Shown here: one piece after another, positions 32,229-41,694 of the stretch
How positions within the stretch are numbered: position 1 is the first letter of the stretch
How the letters are laid out: every line of letters starts with the position of its first letter
Source of the DNA: Thermoflavifilum sp.
GTDB taxonomy: Bacteria > Bacteroidota > Bacteroidia > Chitinophagales > Chitinophagaceae
Reading direction: 5' to 3'
Assembly: GCF_014961315.1 (NCBI RefSeq)
Contig: NZ_CP063141.1
Span: 2,591,123 to 2,655,122, forward strand
Length of the DNA: 64,000 bases
The notes under the pieces: model-generated
The model's input: the letters and a program-made list of their open reading frames with translations, nothing else
Databases searched by the model: none
What the model was told of the DNA's origin: nothing
Position numbers and translations under genes: made by a program

Positions 32229-32483
32229 ATGAATCTGCCTGTCATGATGCCCGTTTCCATGTATTTCTCTCCTGACCCGGTTTGCGCTTCCTGTGGGACA
32301 AGTTATACCGAAGCAGAAGGCTGGCGATTGACGGATATGGTATGTGTCTGCTTCCAACAGCAATTCCGGGTGTGCCCACCATGTCGAAAAAAGCCCTGCT
32401 CATGCGGGCATTTACCCTTTGAAAAATGGTGGCTGGCCGAATCGGATTGCCCGGGATATTTCCTCGACCTGCTGAACGAATGA
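32229..32483 (+). CDS. possible small cysteine-rich protein (zinc-ribbon-like), uncertain
   Basis: 84-aa ORF in a 375-bp gap that is not AT-rich like the other intergenic regions. Has CASC....CPPC pairs plus further Cys. No family recognised. Confidence 0.25.
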   Translation: MNLPVMMPVSMYFSPDPVCASCGTSYTEAEGWRLTDMVCVCFQQQFRVCPPCRKKPCSCGHLPFEKWWLAESDCPGYFLDLLNE

Positions 32484-32535
32484 ACAAGCATGGCGTCGGG
32501 CATACGATTATTGTACCTTTGTTAGAAAAACAGCT

Positions 32536-34428
32536 ATGGCTTACAGCAGCCTCCGGCAATTCATTGAACGTCTGGAACAGGCCGGCGAGCTCTATCGCAT
32601 CAAGGCCTATGTGAACCCCTGTCTCGAAATTGCGGAGATTACCGACAGGATGAGTAAATCGCCCGGAGGAGGGAAAGCCTTGCTCTTTGAAAACACGGGT
32701 TATGATTTTCCGGTGTTGATCAATGCCATGGGCAGCTACCGACGCATGTGCATGGCCTTAGGTGTAGACGACCTGAATGTCATTGGCCGGGAAATGGAAG
32801 CCCTGTTCAAAAGTCTTGCCGTACCTCGTAGCTCGCTTGTAGAAAAACTCAGCCTGCTGCCTACCCTGGGTAAACTTGCTTCCTGGATGCCCGTACGCAT
32901 CAAAGGACGGGGTGCCTGCCAGGAAGTCGTGATGCCCGAACCCGACTTATACCGCCTGCCCATTCTCACCTGCTGGCCTAAAGACGGCGGCCCTTTCATC
33001 ACGCTGCCCATCATCCATACCCGAGATCCCCATACGGGCATCCGCAATGTAGGCATGTATCGCATGCAGGTGTTTACCAAAGACATGACGGGCATGCACT
33101 GGCACAAACACAAAGTTTCGGCCCGCCATTTTCAGGCCTACCAGGCTTTAAAACAAAAAATGCCCGTGGCCGTAGCCCTGGGCGGCGATCCGGTATACAC
33201 CTATGCCGCAACGGCTCCTTTGCCCGACAACGTAGATGAATATATGCTGGCCGGCTTTCTTCGAAAAAAGAAGGTGGAACTCGTGAAATGCCTGACTCAG
33301 GATATCGAAGTGCCCGCCGATGCCGATATTGTTATCGAAGGATATGTAGATCCGGAGGAGGCCTTCATCTGGGAAGGGCCTTTCGGCGATCATACCGGCT
33401 ATTATTCGTTGCCCGACTGGTATCCACGCTTTCATGTTACTTGCATCACACATCGCAAAGATGCCGTGTATCCCGCCACCATTGTGGGCATCCCTCCTCA
33501 GGAAGATGCCTGGATCGGCAAAGCCACCGAACGCATTTTCATCACGCCAATCAAAATGACCATGTTGCCCGAGGTGGTGGACATGGATATGCCCATCGAA
33601 GGCGTATTTCACAACCTTACCATCGTGAGTATCCACAAACAATATCCCGGCCATGCACAAAAGGTCATGAACGCCATGTGGGGTGCGGGACAGATGATGT
33701 TCAATAAAATGCTGGTCATCGTAGACGGCGAGCTGAATATCCATGATTACGAAACCCTGGCCCGTGAAGCATTTGCACATTGGCGTCCCGAACAGGATAC
33801 CTATTTCAGCCAGGGCCCCATGGATGTACTCGACCATGCTTGCAGCAAGCCTGGTATCGGTGGTAAAATGTGCATCGATGCCACCCGCAAATGGGAAGAA
33901 GAAATCACGGAAGAAGCCCCAACGCCCATCAACCCCGCACTGCTACCCGATATGCAGCAGCTCCAGCAGCAATTTCCAGAAATTCGGGACATCAATACCC
34001 GTTTGCTCGACCGACAGATACCCTGCATCATGATGGCCGTTCAGAAAAACCGTAAGGGCCATATCCATCAGCTCCACGAGGCCTGTGCACCGCTATTTGC
34101 CAGGGTGGGTGTGAAAATGATCCTGTATGCCGAACATACGGTACCCGTGAACGACCTGCCCATTGCACTCTGGCGAATCTGCAACAACCTCGATCCCCGA
34201 CGCGATCATGTTTTTGCCGCAGGCATCCTGGGCCTGGATGGCACACGCAAAACCCGGGAATTCGACGGATTCCAGCGGGAATGGCCTAACATCATCGTGG
34301 CCGATGAAGCCACCATACGGACCGTGGATGAAAAATGGAATACCCTACAGATCGGTCCCTTCATTCCTTCCCCTTCACTTAAATTCCGTAAGCAACTCTA
34401 TGGCGAAAATGCTGTGGCTCAGCCTTGA
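32536..34428 (+). CDS. UbiD-family (menaquinone biosynthesis-type) decarboxylase
   Basis: 630 aa. UbiD signatures across the protein (LLFEN, GMYRMQV, ALGGDP, GPFGDHTGYY). Confidence 0.9.
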   Translation: MAYSSLRQFIERLEQAGELYRIKAYVNPCLEIAEITDRMSKSPGGGKALLFENTGYDFPVLINAMGSYRRMCMALGVDDLNVIGREMEALFKSLAVPRSSLVEKLSLLPTLGKLASWMPVRIKGRGACQEVVMPEPDLYRLPILTCWPKDGGPFITLPIIHTRDPHTGIRNVGMYRMQVFTKDMTGMHWHKHKVSARHFQAYQALKQKMPVAVALGGDPVYTYAATAPLPDNVDEYMLAGFLRKKKVELVKCLTQDIEVPADADIVIEGYVDPEEAFIWEGPFGDHTGYYSLPDWYPRFHVTCITHRKDAVYPATIVGIPPQEDAWIGKATERIFITPIKMTMLPEVVDMDMPIEGVFHNLTIVSIHKQYPGHAQKVMNAMWGAGQMMFNKMLVIVDGELNIHDYETLAREAFAHWRPEQDTYFSQGPMDVLDHACSKPGIGGKMCIDATRKWEEEITEEAPTPINPALLPDMQQLQQQFPEIRDINTRLLDRQIPCIMMAVQKNRKGHIHQLHEACAPLFARVGVKMILYAEHTVPVNDLPIALWRICNNLDPRRDHVFAAGILGLDGTRKTREFDGFQREWPNIIVADEATIRTVDEKWNTLQIGPFIPSPSLKFRKQLYGENAVAQP

Positions 34429-34496
34429 TGCCAGAACCAGCGCTTTACACATTTCTTTTTACCTTTGGCTTCCTAAACACCTAAAAATCATTTCTT

Positions 34497-35903
34497 ATGG
34501 CTTATGATGTCATCGTTATCGGAAGTGGTCCCGGCGGATATGTTGCCGCTATCCGGGCTTCACAATTGGGATTTAAAACGGCCATCGTTGAACGGGAATC
34601 GCTGGGAGGCATTTGCTTAAACTGGGGATGCATCCCCACCAAAGCCCTGTTGAAAAGTGCACAGGTGATGGAGTATGCCCAACATGCGGCAGATTATGGC
34701 GTGAAAATCGAAAAAGCCAGTCCCGATTTTCCGGGAATGATTCAGCGCAGCCGGGCTGTAGCCGATAAGATGAGTAAAGGCGTGCAATTCTTAATGCGAA
34801 AAAATAAAATCGATGTCATCCAGGGCACCGCTAAGCTCGTGGCTAAAGGCCAGATCAGCGTAACCGATGCCGGTGGTAAATCCACCACCTACGAAGGCCG
34901 ACATATCATCATCGCTACAGGCGGGCGTAGTAAAGAATTACCCAGCATGAAAATCGACCACGAAAAAATCATCGGCTATCGCGAAGCCATGGTACTGCCC
35001 AAACAGCCGGCATCGATGATTATCGTGGGATCGGGAGCCATCGGGGTGGAGTTCGCTTATTTTTACCACAGCATCGGCACCAAGGTTACGATTGTAGAGT
35101 TTTTACCCCGCATCGTTCCCAACGAAGATGAAGATATCTCACGTGAGCTGGAAAAAATCTACAAGAGAAAAGGCATCGACATCATGACCAGTTCGGAAGT
35201 CACTGCTGTCGATACTTCAGGCAAAGGCGTGAAAGCTACAGTGAAAACGCCCAACGGCAACGTTACCCTCGAAGCCGACATCCTGCTGAGCGCCGTAGGT
35301 ATCGTGGCCAATATCGAAAACATCGGGCTGGAAACGCTGGGCGTGAAAACAGAAAAAGGCAAAATCGCCGTCGATACCTATTATCAGACCAATGTGCCGG
35401 GCATCTACGCCATCGGCGATTGTATTCCCGGACCTGCACTGGCTCATGTGGCATCGAAAGAAGGCATTGTGTGTGTGGAACATATCGCTTTCCAGGAAAA
35501 GAAATACGCCCGCAAACCCGAACCCATCGATTACCACAATATTCCCGGCTGTACCTATTGTTCACCCGAAATCGCTTCGGTGGGATATACCGAAAAAGCA
35601 GCCCGGGAAGCAGGTTATGAAGTGAAAGTGGGTAAATTCCCCTTATCGGCTTCCGGTAAAGCCACTGCCGCAGGAGCCAACGAAGGATTTATTAAAGTGG
35701 TATTTGACGCAAAATACGGCGAATGGCTGGGCACCCACATGATTGGCTATAATGTCACCGAAATCATTGCGGAAACGGTCGTTGCCCGTAAGTTAGAAAC
35801 CACCTATCAGGAAGTACTCGACTCCATTCATCCGCATCCCACTATCAGCGAATCGGTGAAAGATGCCATTGAAGTGGCTTATGGCGAAGCCATCCACCTG
35901 TAA
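34497..35903 (+). CDS. lpdA: dihydrolipoyl dehydrogenase
   Basis: VIGSGPGGYVAAIRA FAD motif, redox-active CLNWGCIPTK, second Rossmann VGSGAIGVEFA, C-terminal dimerisation HPHPT. Confidence 0.95.
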   Translation: MAYDVIVIGSGPGGYVAAIRASQLGFKTAIVERESLGGICLNWGCIPTKALLKSAQVMEYAQHAADYGVKIEKASPDFPGMIQRSRAVADKMSKGVQFLMRKNKIDVIQGTAKLVAKGQISVTDAGGKSTTYEGRHIIIATGGRSKELPSMKIDHEKIIGYREAMVLPKQPASMIIVGSGAIGVEFAYFYHSIGTKVTIVEFLPRIVPNEDEDISRELEKIYKRKGIDIMTSSEVTAVDTSGKGVKATVKTPNGNVTLEADILLSAVGIVANIENIGLETLGVKTEKGKIAVDTYYQTNVPGIYAIGDCIPGPALAHVASKEGIVCVEHIAFQEKKYARKPEPIDYHNIPGCTYCSPEIASVGYTEKAAREAGYEVKVGKFPLSASGKATAAGANEGFIKVVFDAKYGEWLGTHMIGYNVTEIIAETVVARKLETTYQEVLDSIHPHPTISESVKDAIEVAYGEAIHL

Positions 35904-35935
35904 AAAGGTGTCGGTGCAGACCGTATATGAACTTT

Positions 35936-35977
35936 AAGGGCTCCAGTGAATCATCTGTCTGGGGCCCTTTTGATTTA
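35936..35977 (+). terminator. intrinsic terminator of lpdA
   Basis: aagggctccag (35936-35946) pairs with ctggggccctt (35959-35969), with one G-U, followed by tttgattt. Confidence 0.6.
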
Positions 35978-36016
35978 ATCAAAAACATTGCATACTTAAA
36001 AGGGTGAGAGATGCAC

Positions 36017-36589
36017 TCACATTAATTTTTTGGCTTCTTTACGAAGCACGTCCAAGGCCACCTGCAGGGGAGAAGGTTGTTGTTTCAGATGCTCGGCGAG
36101 AAGTTGTTTGCACAAAGTGGCGCTGCGGGCCTCCGCAGGTAACTGGCTGATTAATACGTTCAGCTGGCTGATCATGTATTCTTTAGCGTGCACCACCGCA
36201 TCCCAGGCTACCTGCGAAACATATATTTGCTGACTCACGTTGTGGGCATATTCTTCGCGGATATCCTGTATCATCAATGCATATAATTCCCCCGCCGGAA
36301 GATCAATCTTGCCCAACCGATAGACCAGTTGTTCAGGCGAAATACGCTCAATGAAAACCACCAGCCGTTCATACGCTTGCAATTGCAACGGCAAGGTATA
36401 TTGCCGGGGCGCAAATGTATCGGCCGCAACTGTAGTTCGGGATGATTTTTTTCGCCTGGAGACCAGATCGCGAACCAGCGAATAGAGGATAACCACACCG
36501 CCAATAGCTATCAGTATTTCTAACCAAAGCAGCGAAGAGCCCATCATAATCCTTTCATAATGACGGATAAAGATAGGGAAATGGTTCAC
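36017..36589 (-). CDS. hypothetical membrane-anchored protein
   Basis: 190 aa with a single N-terminal TM (LLWLEILIAIGGVVILYSL), then a soluble helical domain. No family recognised. Confidence 0.55.
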   Translation of the reverse strand: MNHFPIFIRHYERIMMGSSLLWLEILIAIGGVVILYSLVRDLVSRRKKSSRTTVAADTFAPRQYTLPLQLQAYERLVVFIERISPEQLVYRLGKIDLPAGELYALMIQDIREEYAHNVSQQIYVSQVAWDAVVHAKEYMISQLNVLISQLPAEARSATLCKQLLAEHLKQQPSPLQVALDVLRKEAKKLM

Positions 36590-36656
36590 ATTTGCACCAT
36601 TCCTGTGAATGACCTACCACCTGTGGAGATGCGCTCATTTATTTTGCTTAAACCAT

Positions 36657-37604
36657 TCATCCTGCATGTTTTTCAACCTTCACCATGCGAATATTTCGCT
36701 GGAGGCCCTGCCAGCCTGCACGCTTCAGGGCCGATCGGCCGAAGATCTCTACAAATTTTTCTTCCGTAAGCCTTTCCCAGTCGGCGGTACGAAAATTCAA
36801 TATTTCCGGCAGGGGAGTGAAAGCCGGCTCTGTTGCGGGTTTGCTGAAGCGGTTCCAGGGACAAACATCCTGGCAGATATCACAGCCGAATATCCAGTTT
36901 TGCCATTTTCCTTCGGCCTCGGCAGGCATCATGTGTTCCCGGAGTTCGATAGTATAGTACGAAATACATCGACTGGCGTCGATCACCTTATCGGGCAGGA
37001 TGGCCTGCGTTGGACAGGCATCGATGCAGCGGGTACAACTACCGCAATAATCTCTGGCAAAGGGATCATCATATTCCAGCTGCAGATCAGTAATCAGCGT
37101 GGCAATAAACAGAAATGAACCCTGCCTGCGTGTGAGCAAATTCCCGTTTTTACCAATCCAGCCCAATCCCGAGCGTACAGCCCAGGCGCGCTCCAGCACC
37201 GGCCCACTGTCCACAAAGCCCCGACCTTCAATTTCACCAACCTGCTCGCGCAGGCTTTTTAAAAAAATTTTCAACTTCTTTTTAATAACCCGATGATAAT
37301 CTTCACCATAAGCATATTTTGCAACCTGATAACCATCCGCTCGTTGCTTTTGAGCAGGATAGTAGTTCATGAGCAGGGTGATTACCGATTTCGCTCCGGG
37401 CACCAGTTTCCGGGGATCAATACGCAGATCAAAATACCGCTCCATATACGCCATTGTACCATGATAACCCTTGCTGAGCCAGGCTTGCAACCTTCGGGCA
37501 TCCTCACTCAACTGGGTTGCACGGGCAATGCCACAATAATCAAAACCCAGCGCACGGGCCAGTTGCTTCACGACAGCCGTATGTTTTGCCTCAACCGGAT
37601 TCAT
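36657..37604 (-). CDS. queG: tRNA epoxyqueuosine reductase
   Basis: 315 aa. Two 4Fe-4S ferredoxin motifs (CGSCTRCIDACP, CDICQDVCPWN) in the QueG context, with C-terminal HEAT-like repeats. Confidence 0.9.
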   Translation of the reverse strand: MNPVEAKHTAVVKQLARALGFDYCGIARATQLSEDARRLQAWLSKGYHGTMAYMERYFDLRIDPRKLVPGAKSVITLLMNYYPAQKQRADGYQVAKYAYGEDYHRVIKKKLKIFLKSLREQVGEIEGRGFVDSGPVLERAWAVRSGLGWIGKNGNLLTRRQGSFLFIATLITDLQLEYDDPFARDYCGSCTRCIDACPTQAILPDKVIDASRCISYYTIELREHMMPAEAEGKWQNWIFGCDICQDVCPWNRFSKPATEPAFTPLPEILNFRTADWERLTEEKFVEIFGRSALKRAGWQGLQRNIRMVKVEKHAG

Positions 37605-37918
37605 AGCTTTTCAATATACAAAAGTAGATATCCTGCTCTATGTGCTGATCAAAAGCCTGTGATGGTTGTGGCATGGAACCGATATGAACGGGAGTTTAGC
37701 TTCGTGTAAGTATGCTGCCACATCGCTATGGGCGAAAAGGAGCCGAACATCCTTTAAAGAACCGCGGAGATGAACAAATCGGAAAAATTAACAGTTAGGC
37801 ACCGCATGGAGCTGAAATTCAGGCAGGGAAAGCAATCGCGATATGACATCCTTTCGGAATTGAAACAGCTGGAGTTAAATTTGATGCATTCAGGTAAGTT
37901 TTTTAAAAAAGTCGGAAT

Positions 37919-40561
37919 ATGAATTTGAATGAATTCACCATTAAGTCACAGGAGACGATTCAAAAAGCTCAACAGCTGGCTTTTGAAGCACGGAACCCGG
38001 CCATCGAAACGGGACATTTGCTGAAAGCCTTGCTGGATGAGAATCCAGATACCATGGAATACTTACTGAAGAAAAATGAGGTCAATCTCAATTTTCTCCA
38101 AGCCCGACTGAACGATATCCTGAAACGCTATCCCAGATTGGAATCAGGCGAGGGTGGCCAGACGATCAGTCGTGATTTGAACAATGCCCTGATGCGGGCT
38201 TCCACGCTTATCAAAGAATTCAAGGATGAGTTTGTGAGTGTCGAACACCTGTTGCTTGCGCTGCTGATGGGCAATGACGATGTTGCCAGCTTGCTGAAAG
38301 ATGCAGGCATGACGGAAAAGGGTTTACGTGTAGCTATCGCCGATTTACGCAAGGGAAGCACCGTAACCAGTCAGACGGCCGAATCGCAGTTCAATGCCCT
38401 GCAAAAATATGCCCGCAACCTGAACGAGCTGGCCGCAGCAGGTAAACTGGATCCGGTCATCGGCCGCGACGAAGAAATCCGCCGCACCCTGCACATTCTT
38501 TCCCGGCGTACGAAAAACAATCCTATCCTGGTGGGCGAGCCTGGCGTGGGGAAAACGGCTATCGTGGAAGGGCTGGCCCATCGCATCATCAATGGCGACG
38601 TGCCGGAGAACCTGAAAACCAAAGTTATCTATGCGCTTGATATGGGCGCCCTTATGGCCGGCGCTAAATATCGTGGCGAATTTGAGGAACGCCTGAAAGC
38701 CGTGATCAAAGAAGTTACCGAAAGCAACGGCGAGGTGATTCTCTTTATCGATGAAATCCATACGCTGGTGGGCGCCGGAGCCATGGAAGGGGCCATGGAT
38801 GCCGCCAACATCATGAAGCCGGCACTGGCTCGAGGTGAATTGCGGGCGATAGGTGCCACAACATTAAACGAGTACCAGAAATATTTCGAACGCGACAAAG
38901 CACTGGAACGTCGCTTCCAGAAAGTGATGATCGACGAGCCCAGCGTAGAAGATGCGATATCTATTCTACGTGGCTTGAAGGATCGCTACGAAACCCATCA
39001 TCACGTCCGCATTAAAGATGAAGCGATCATCGCAGCCGTGGAACTGTCACATCGATATATAACCGATCGGTTTTTGCCGGATAAGGCCATAGATTTGATA
39101 GATGAAGCTGCCGCAAAGCTCAGGCTGGAAATGAATTCCATGCCGGAAGAATTAGATGAACTGGAAAGAAAAATCAGGCAGCTGGAAATTGAGCGTGAAG
39201 CCATTAAGCGGGAAAACGATCAACAAAAACTTGAAGAACTGAGTCGCGAAATCGCCGAACTTTCAGAACAACGAAATGCCCTGAAGGCTAAATGGCAGCA
39301 GGAAAAAGAAATTGTCGATAAAATTCAATCGGCCAAAGCCACAATCGAGAATTTGAAAATTGAAGCCGAGCAGGCCGAACGTAACGGCGATTATGGCCGT
39401 GTGGCTGAAATTCGTTACGGAAGGATTCGTGAACAGGAAAACCTGGTGAAACAATACACGCAGGAACTGGAAAAACTTTCGGCCGATAAAAGATTACTGA
39501 AAGAAGAAGTTGACGCCGAAGATATTGCAGAAATTGTGTCAAAAGCAACCGGCATTCCCGTAACACGCATGATGCAAAGTGAAAAAGAAAAACTCTTGCA
39601 CCTGGAAGACGAATTGCACAAGCGCGTAGTAGGCCAGGATGAGGCCATTGAAGCCGTAGCCAACGCCATTCGTAGAAGCCGTGCAGGGTTGCAGGACGAG
39701 CGCAGACCCATCGGTTCCTTCATCTTTCTCGGTACCACGGGCGTAGGAAAAACGGAACTGGCCAAGGCGCTGGCCGAATGTCTGTTTGATGATGAGCGCA
39801 TGATGACCCGCATCGACATGAGCGAGTATCAGGAAAAACACACCGTTAGCCGCCTTATTGGTGCACCTCCCGGATATGTAGGTTACGAAGAAGGGGGACA
39901 ACTCACCGAGGCGGTGCGCCGCAAGCCCTATTCGGTGATTTTGCTGGATGAGATTGAAAAGGCACATCCCGATGTCTGGAATATTCTGCTCCAGGTGCTG
40001 GACGATGGTCGCTTAACCGATAATAAAGGTCGTGTCGTGAATTTCAAAAATACCATTATCATCATGACCAGCAACCTCGGAAGCCATATCATCCAGGAAA
40101 ACTTTAATCAGCTCACGGATGATAATAAAGAAGAAATCATAGAACGCACCCGGGCCGAAGTCATGGCATTACTTCGCCAGACGATAAGGCCTGAATTCCT
40201 GAATCGGATCGATGAAATCATCCTCTTCCAGCCACTCATGAAAGAACAGATTCGCGAAATCGTGAATATCCAGCTCAATCACCTGCAGGAACAGATGCAG
40301 AAGAACGGCTATCAGGTAGATTTCACCGATTACCTGATCGACTACCTCTCTGTGGCTGGATATGATCCTCAGTTTGGAGCGCGGCCGCTCAAACGGGTCA
40401 TTCAAAAAGAAATTGTCAACCCCCTGAGCAAAAAAATAATAGCCGGCGAAATTGAGAAAAACAAACCCGTGCTCATCGACGTGTTCGATGGCGTGGTGGT
40501 GTTCCGTACCAATCACCACGAGCACGCATCCGTGGAATCCACAGGCCACGCTGTTCGATAA
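37919..40561 (+). CDS. clpB: ATP-dependent chaperone ClpB
   Basis: 880 aa. Clp_N repeats, two AAA+ modules (Walker [10 protein letters not shown] and GTTGVGKTE), and a long coiled-coil middle domain. A TAAATTTG box at 37876-37883 is a plausible -7 promoter element. Confidence 0.97.
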   Translation: MNLNEFTIKSQETIQKAQQLAFEARNPAIETGHLLKALLDENPDTMEYLLKKNEVNLNFLQARLNDILKRYPRLESGEGGQTISRDLNNALMRASTLIKEFKDEFVSVEHLLLALLMGNDDVASLLKDAGMTEKGLRVAIADLRKGSTVTSQTAESQFNALQKYARNLNELAAAGKLDPVIGRDEEIRRTLHILSRRTKNNPILVGEPGVGKTAIVEGLAHRIINGDVPENLKTKVIYALDMGALMAGAKYRGEFEERLKAVIKEVTESNGEVILFIDEIHTLVGAGAMEGAMDAANIMKPALARGELRAIGATTLNEYQKYFERDKALERRFQKVMIDEPSVEDAISILRGLKDRYETHHHVRIKDEAIIAAVELSHRYITDRFLPDKAIDLIDEAAAKLRLEMNSMPEELDELERKIRQLEIEREAIKRENDQQKLEELSREIAELSEQRNALKAKWQQEKEIVDKIQSAKATIENLKIEAEQAERNGDYGRVAEIRYGRIREQENLVKQYTQELEKLSADKRLLKEEVDAEDIAEIVSKATGIPVTRMMQSEKEKLLHLEDELHKRVVGQDEAIEAVANAIRRSRAGLQDERRPIGSFIFLGTTGVGKTELAKALAECLFDDERMMTRIDMSEYQEKHTVSRLIGAPPGYVGYEEGGQLTEAVRRKPYSVILLDEIEKAHPDVWNILLQVLDDGRLTDNKGRVVNFKNTIIIMTSNLGSHIIQENFNQLTDDNKEEIIERTRAEVMALLRQTIRPEFLNRIDEIILFQPLMKEQIREIVNIQLNHLQEQMQKNGYQVDFTDYLIDYLSVAGYDPQFGARPLKRVIQKEIVNPLSKKIIAGEIEKNKPVLIDVFDGVVVFRTNHHEHASVESTGHAVR

Positions 40562-40603
40562 AACGGAATAGAAGAATTACCTGGCAACCGCTCTCATACA
40601 AAA

Positions 40604-40629
40604 AGCCCCGCATCAAGCGGGGTTTTTTG
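40604..40629 (+). terminator. intrinsic terminator of clpB
   Basis: agccccgc / gcggggtt stem with a tcaa loop, followed by a T6 run. Confidence 0.8.
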
Positions 40630-41142
40630 TTAATTCAATTTTCACAGATGGCGAAAAAATTTTTTTAAAAAAAATTTGAAAATATCATTTCATTACATAT
40701 CTTTAAGCTGTCATTTGAGATAAAGTTGTTATTTAACCAAACCATTGCCTATGAAAAACCAGCTCTCCTGGATAGTTATACCCATTTTGATCATCTTTTC
40801 CCCTCTCATAAGCTGGAATGATATTCATCTCCCGGGAACGGGCTGGATGCCTGTTCCCCTGGATGACGAACCCTATGACCATATCCGGAAAAACCCCCTT
40901 TATGGGTATGTTGCCTGTCAAAAACAACCTGTAAGGAAACGAGTGTGGGCTTTCTGATTGAGGGGAAGGCTCATGATTAAAGGGTTACTGAACACCCGGT
41001 ATAAGTCTTTATACCGGGGCTATTTTAACCTGAAAATCCGGCGAATCCTCTCAAAACGACATCGGCATTAAACATATGGATTCGCATACCAGATATTGAG
41101 AAATTCCGAGCGTGCGTTGACCTGTTTTAACCTGAAAAGATG

Positions 41143-41174
41143 AGCGGGGCTACAAAAGCCCCCATTTTATTTTT
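41143..41174. terminator. hairpin terminator, probably bidirectional, serving the DUF3606-like gene
   Basis: ggggct (41146-41151) pairs with agcccc (41157-41162). The + strand has T-rich attttattttt downstream and is A-rich upstream. It lies 10-40 nt beyond the stop of the minus-strand gene at 41184. Confidence 0.5.
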
Positions 41175-41183
41175 CCTTGAACC

Positions 41184-41402
41184 CTATTCAGGAGAAGCAG
41201 CTGTAAATTGCCTGCCAGGATGCCGACAGATATATTTCTCAACCTCGGCTACAACGGTCGAGCCCACTGCCTGAATGGTGGCCTGTAGCTCATCCAGCGT
41301 CATACGATATCGCTCAAGCCAGTAGGCCGCCGTGAGTGGGTCATCAAGTTGAATACGCGCCCCATCCCGGGTATTGGAAAAAGATACAATATTCCTTTCC
41401 AT
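41184..41402 (-). CDS. DUF3606-like small protein
   Basis: 72 aa. The ..RIQLDDPLTAAYWLERYRMTLDELQATIQAVGSTVVAEVEKYI pattern resembles DUF3606 (xxVNxxDxxEVxYWxxxxGxSxxxLxxAVxxVG). From memory of the family. Confidence 0.5.
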   Translation of the reverse strand: MERNIVSFSNTRDGARIQLDDPLTAAYWLERYRMTLDELQATIQAVGSTVVAEVEKYICRHPGRQFTAASPE

Positions 41403-41694
41403 AGCCGTAAGGTTTAATGGTTGTGAAAAAAATGCCGGCGGTGAGCTGAGAAGGAGTACCTAGCTGAATGAACTTAATCCCTTTTCAAAGTTAACTACTT
41501 CTGTACAGAAAAAATATTTTTTTAAAGTAAAAATTTTTTGAAATTCAAATTGCGTAATGATTACACAATCATGTTCGTATCAAAAACGCAGGTAGAAAAA
41601 TGAAAAAACAAGGAGGTGTTGAATCATCATGCCATGTACATCCTGTTTATGAAAATGATCTACATCAAATTTTTGAAAAAAGTTTGTGCTTCTC

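Noticed and set aside
22706-34246. Many 60-230-aa ORFs in alternative frames (for example 24762-25259, 25899-26432, 27016-27519, 30521-30967, 31292-31684, 33148-33837).
   Set aside because: All overlap strongly supported genes (glycerate kinase, DUF3307, the oxidoreductase, rimO, GH2, UbiD) in a GC-richer stretch where stop codons are rare. Their Arg/Pro/Gly/Ala-rich translations are typical of out-of-frame reads.
37770-37922. 50-codon upstream ORF (MNKSEKLTVRHRMELKF..KKVGI) whose TGA overlaps the clpB ATG (ATGA).
   Set aside because: It would be an attractive coupled leader peptide. However, a good TAnnTTTG promoter box (TAAATTTG, 37876-37883) lies inside it, 36 bp before clpB. The clpB transcript therefore probably starts downstream of most of this ORF. 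No family was recognised. It is worth a look only if RNA-seq shows a long leader.
40745-40957. 70-aa plus-strand ORF after clpB, and the overlapping 64-aa minus-strand ORF at 40733-40927.
   Set aside because: It follows a strong clpB terminator with no obvious promoter, and the two overlapping ORFs cannot both be real. No motif was recognised. It is kept only as part of the gap noted in the findings.
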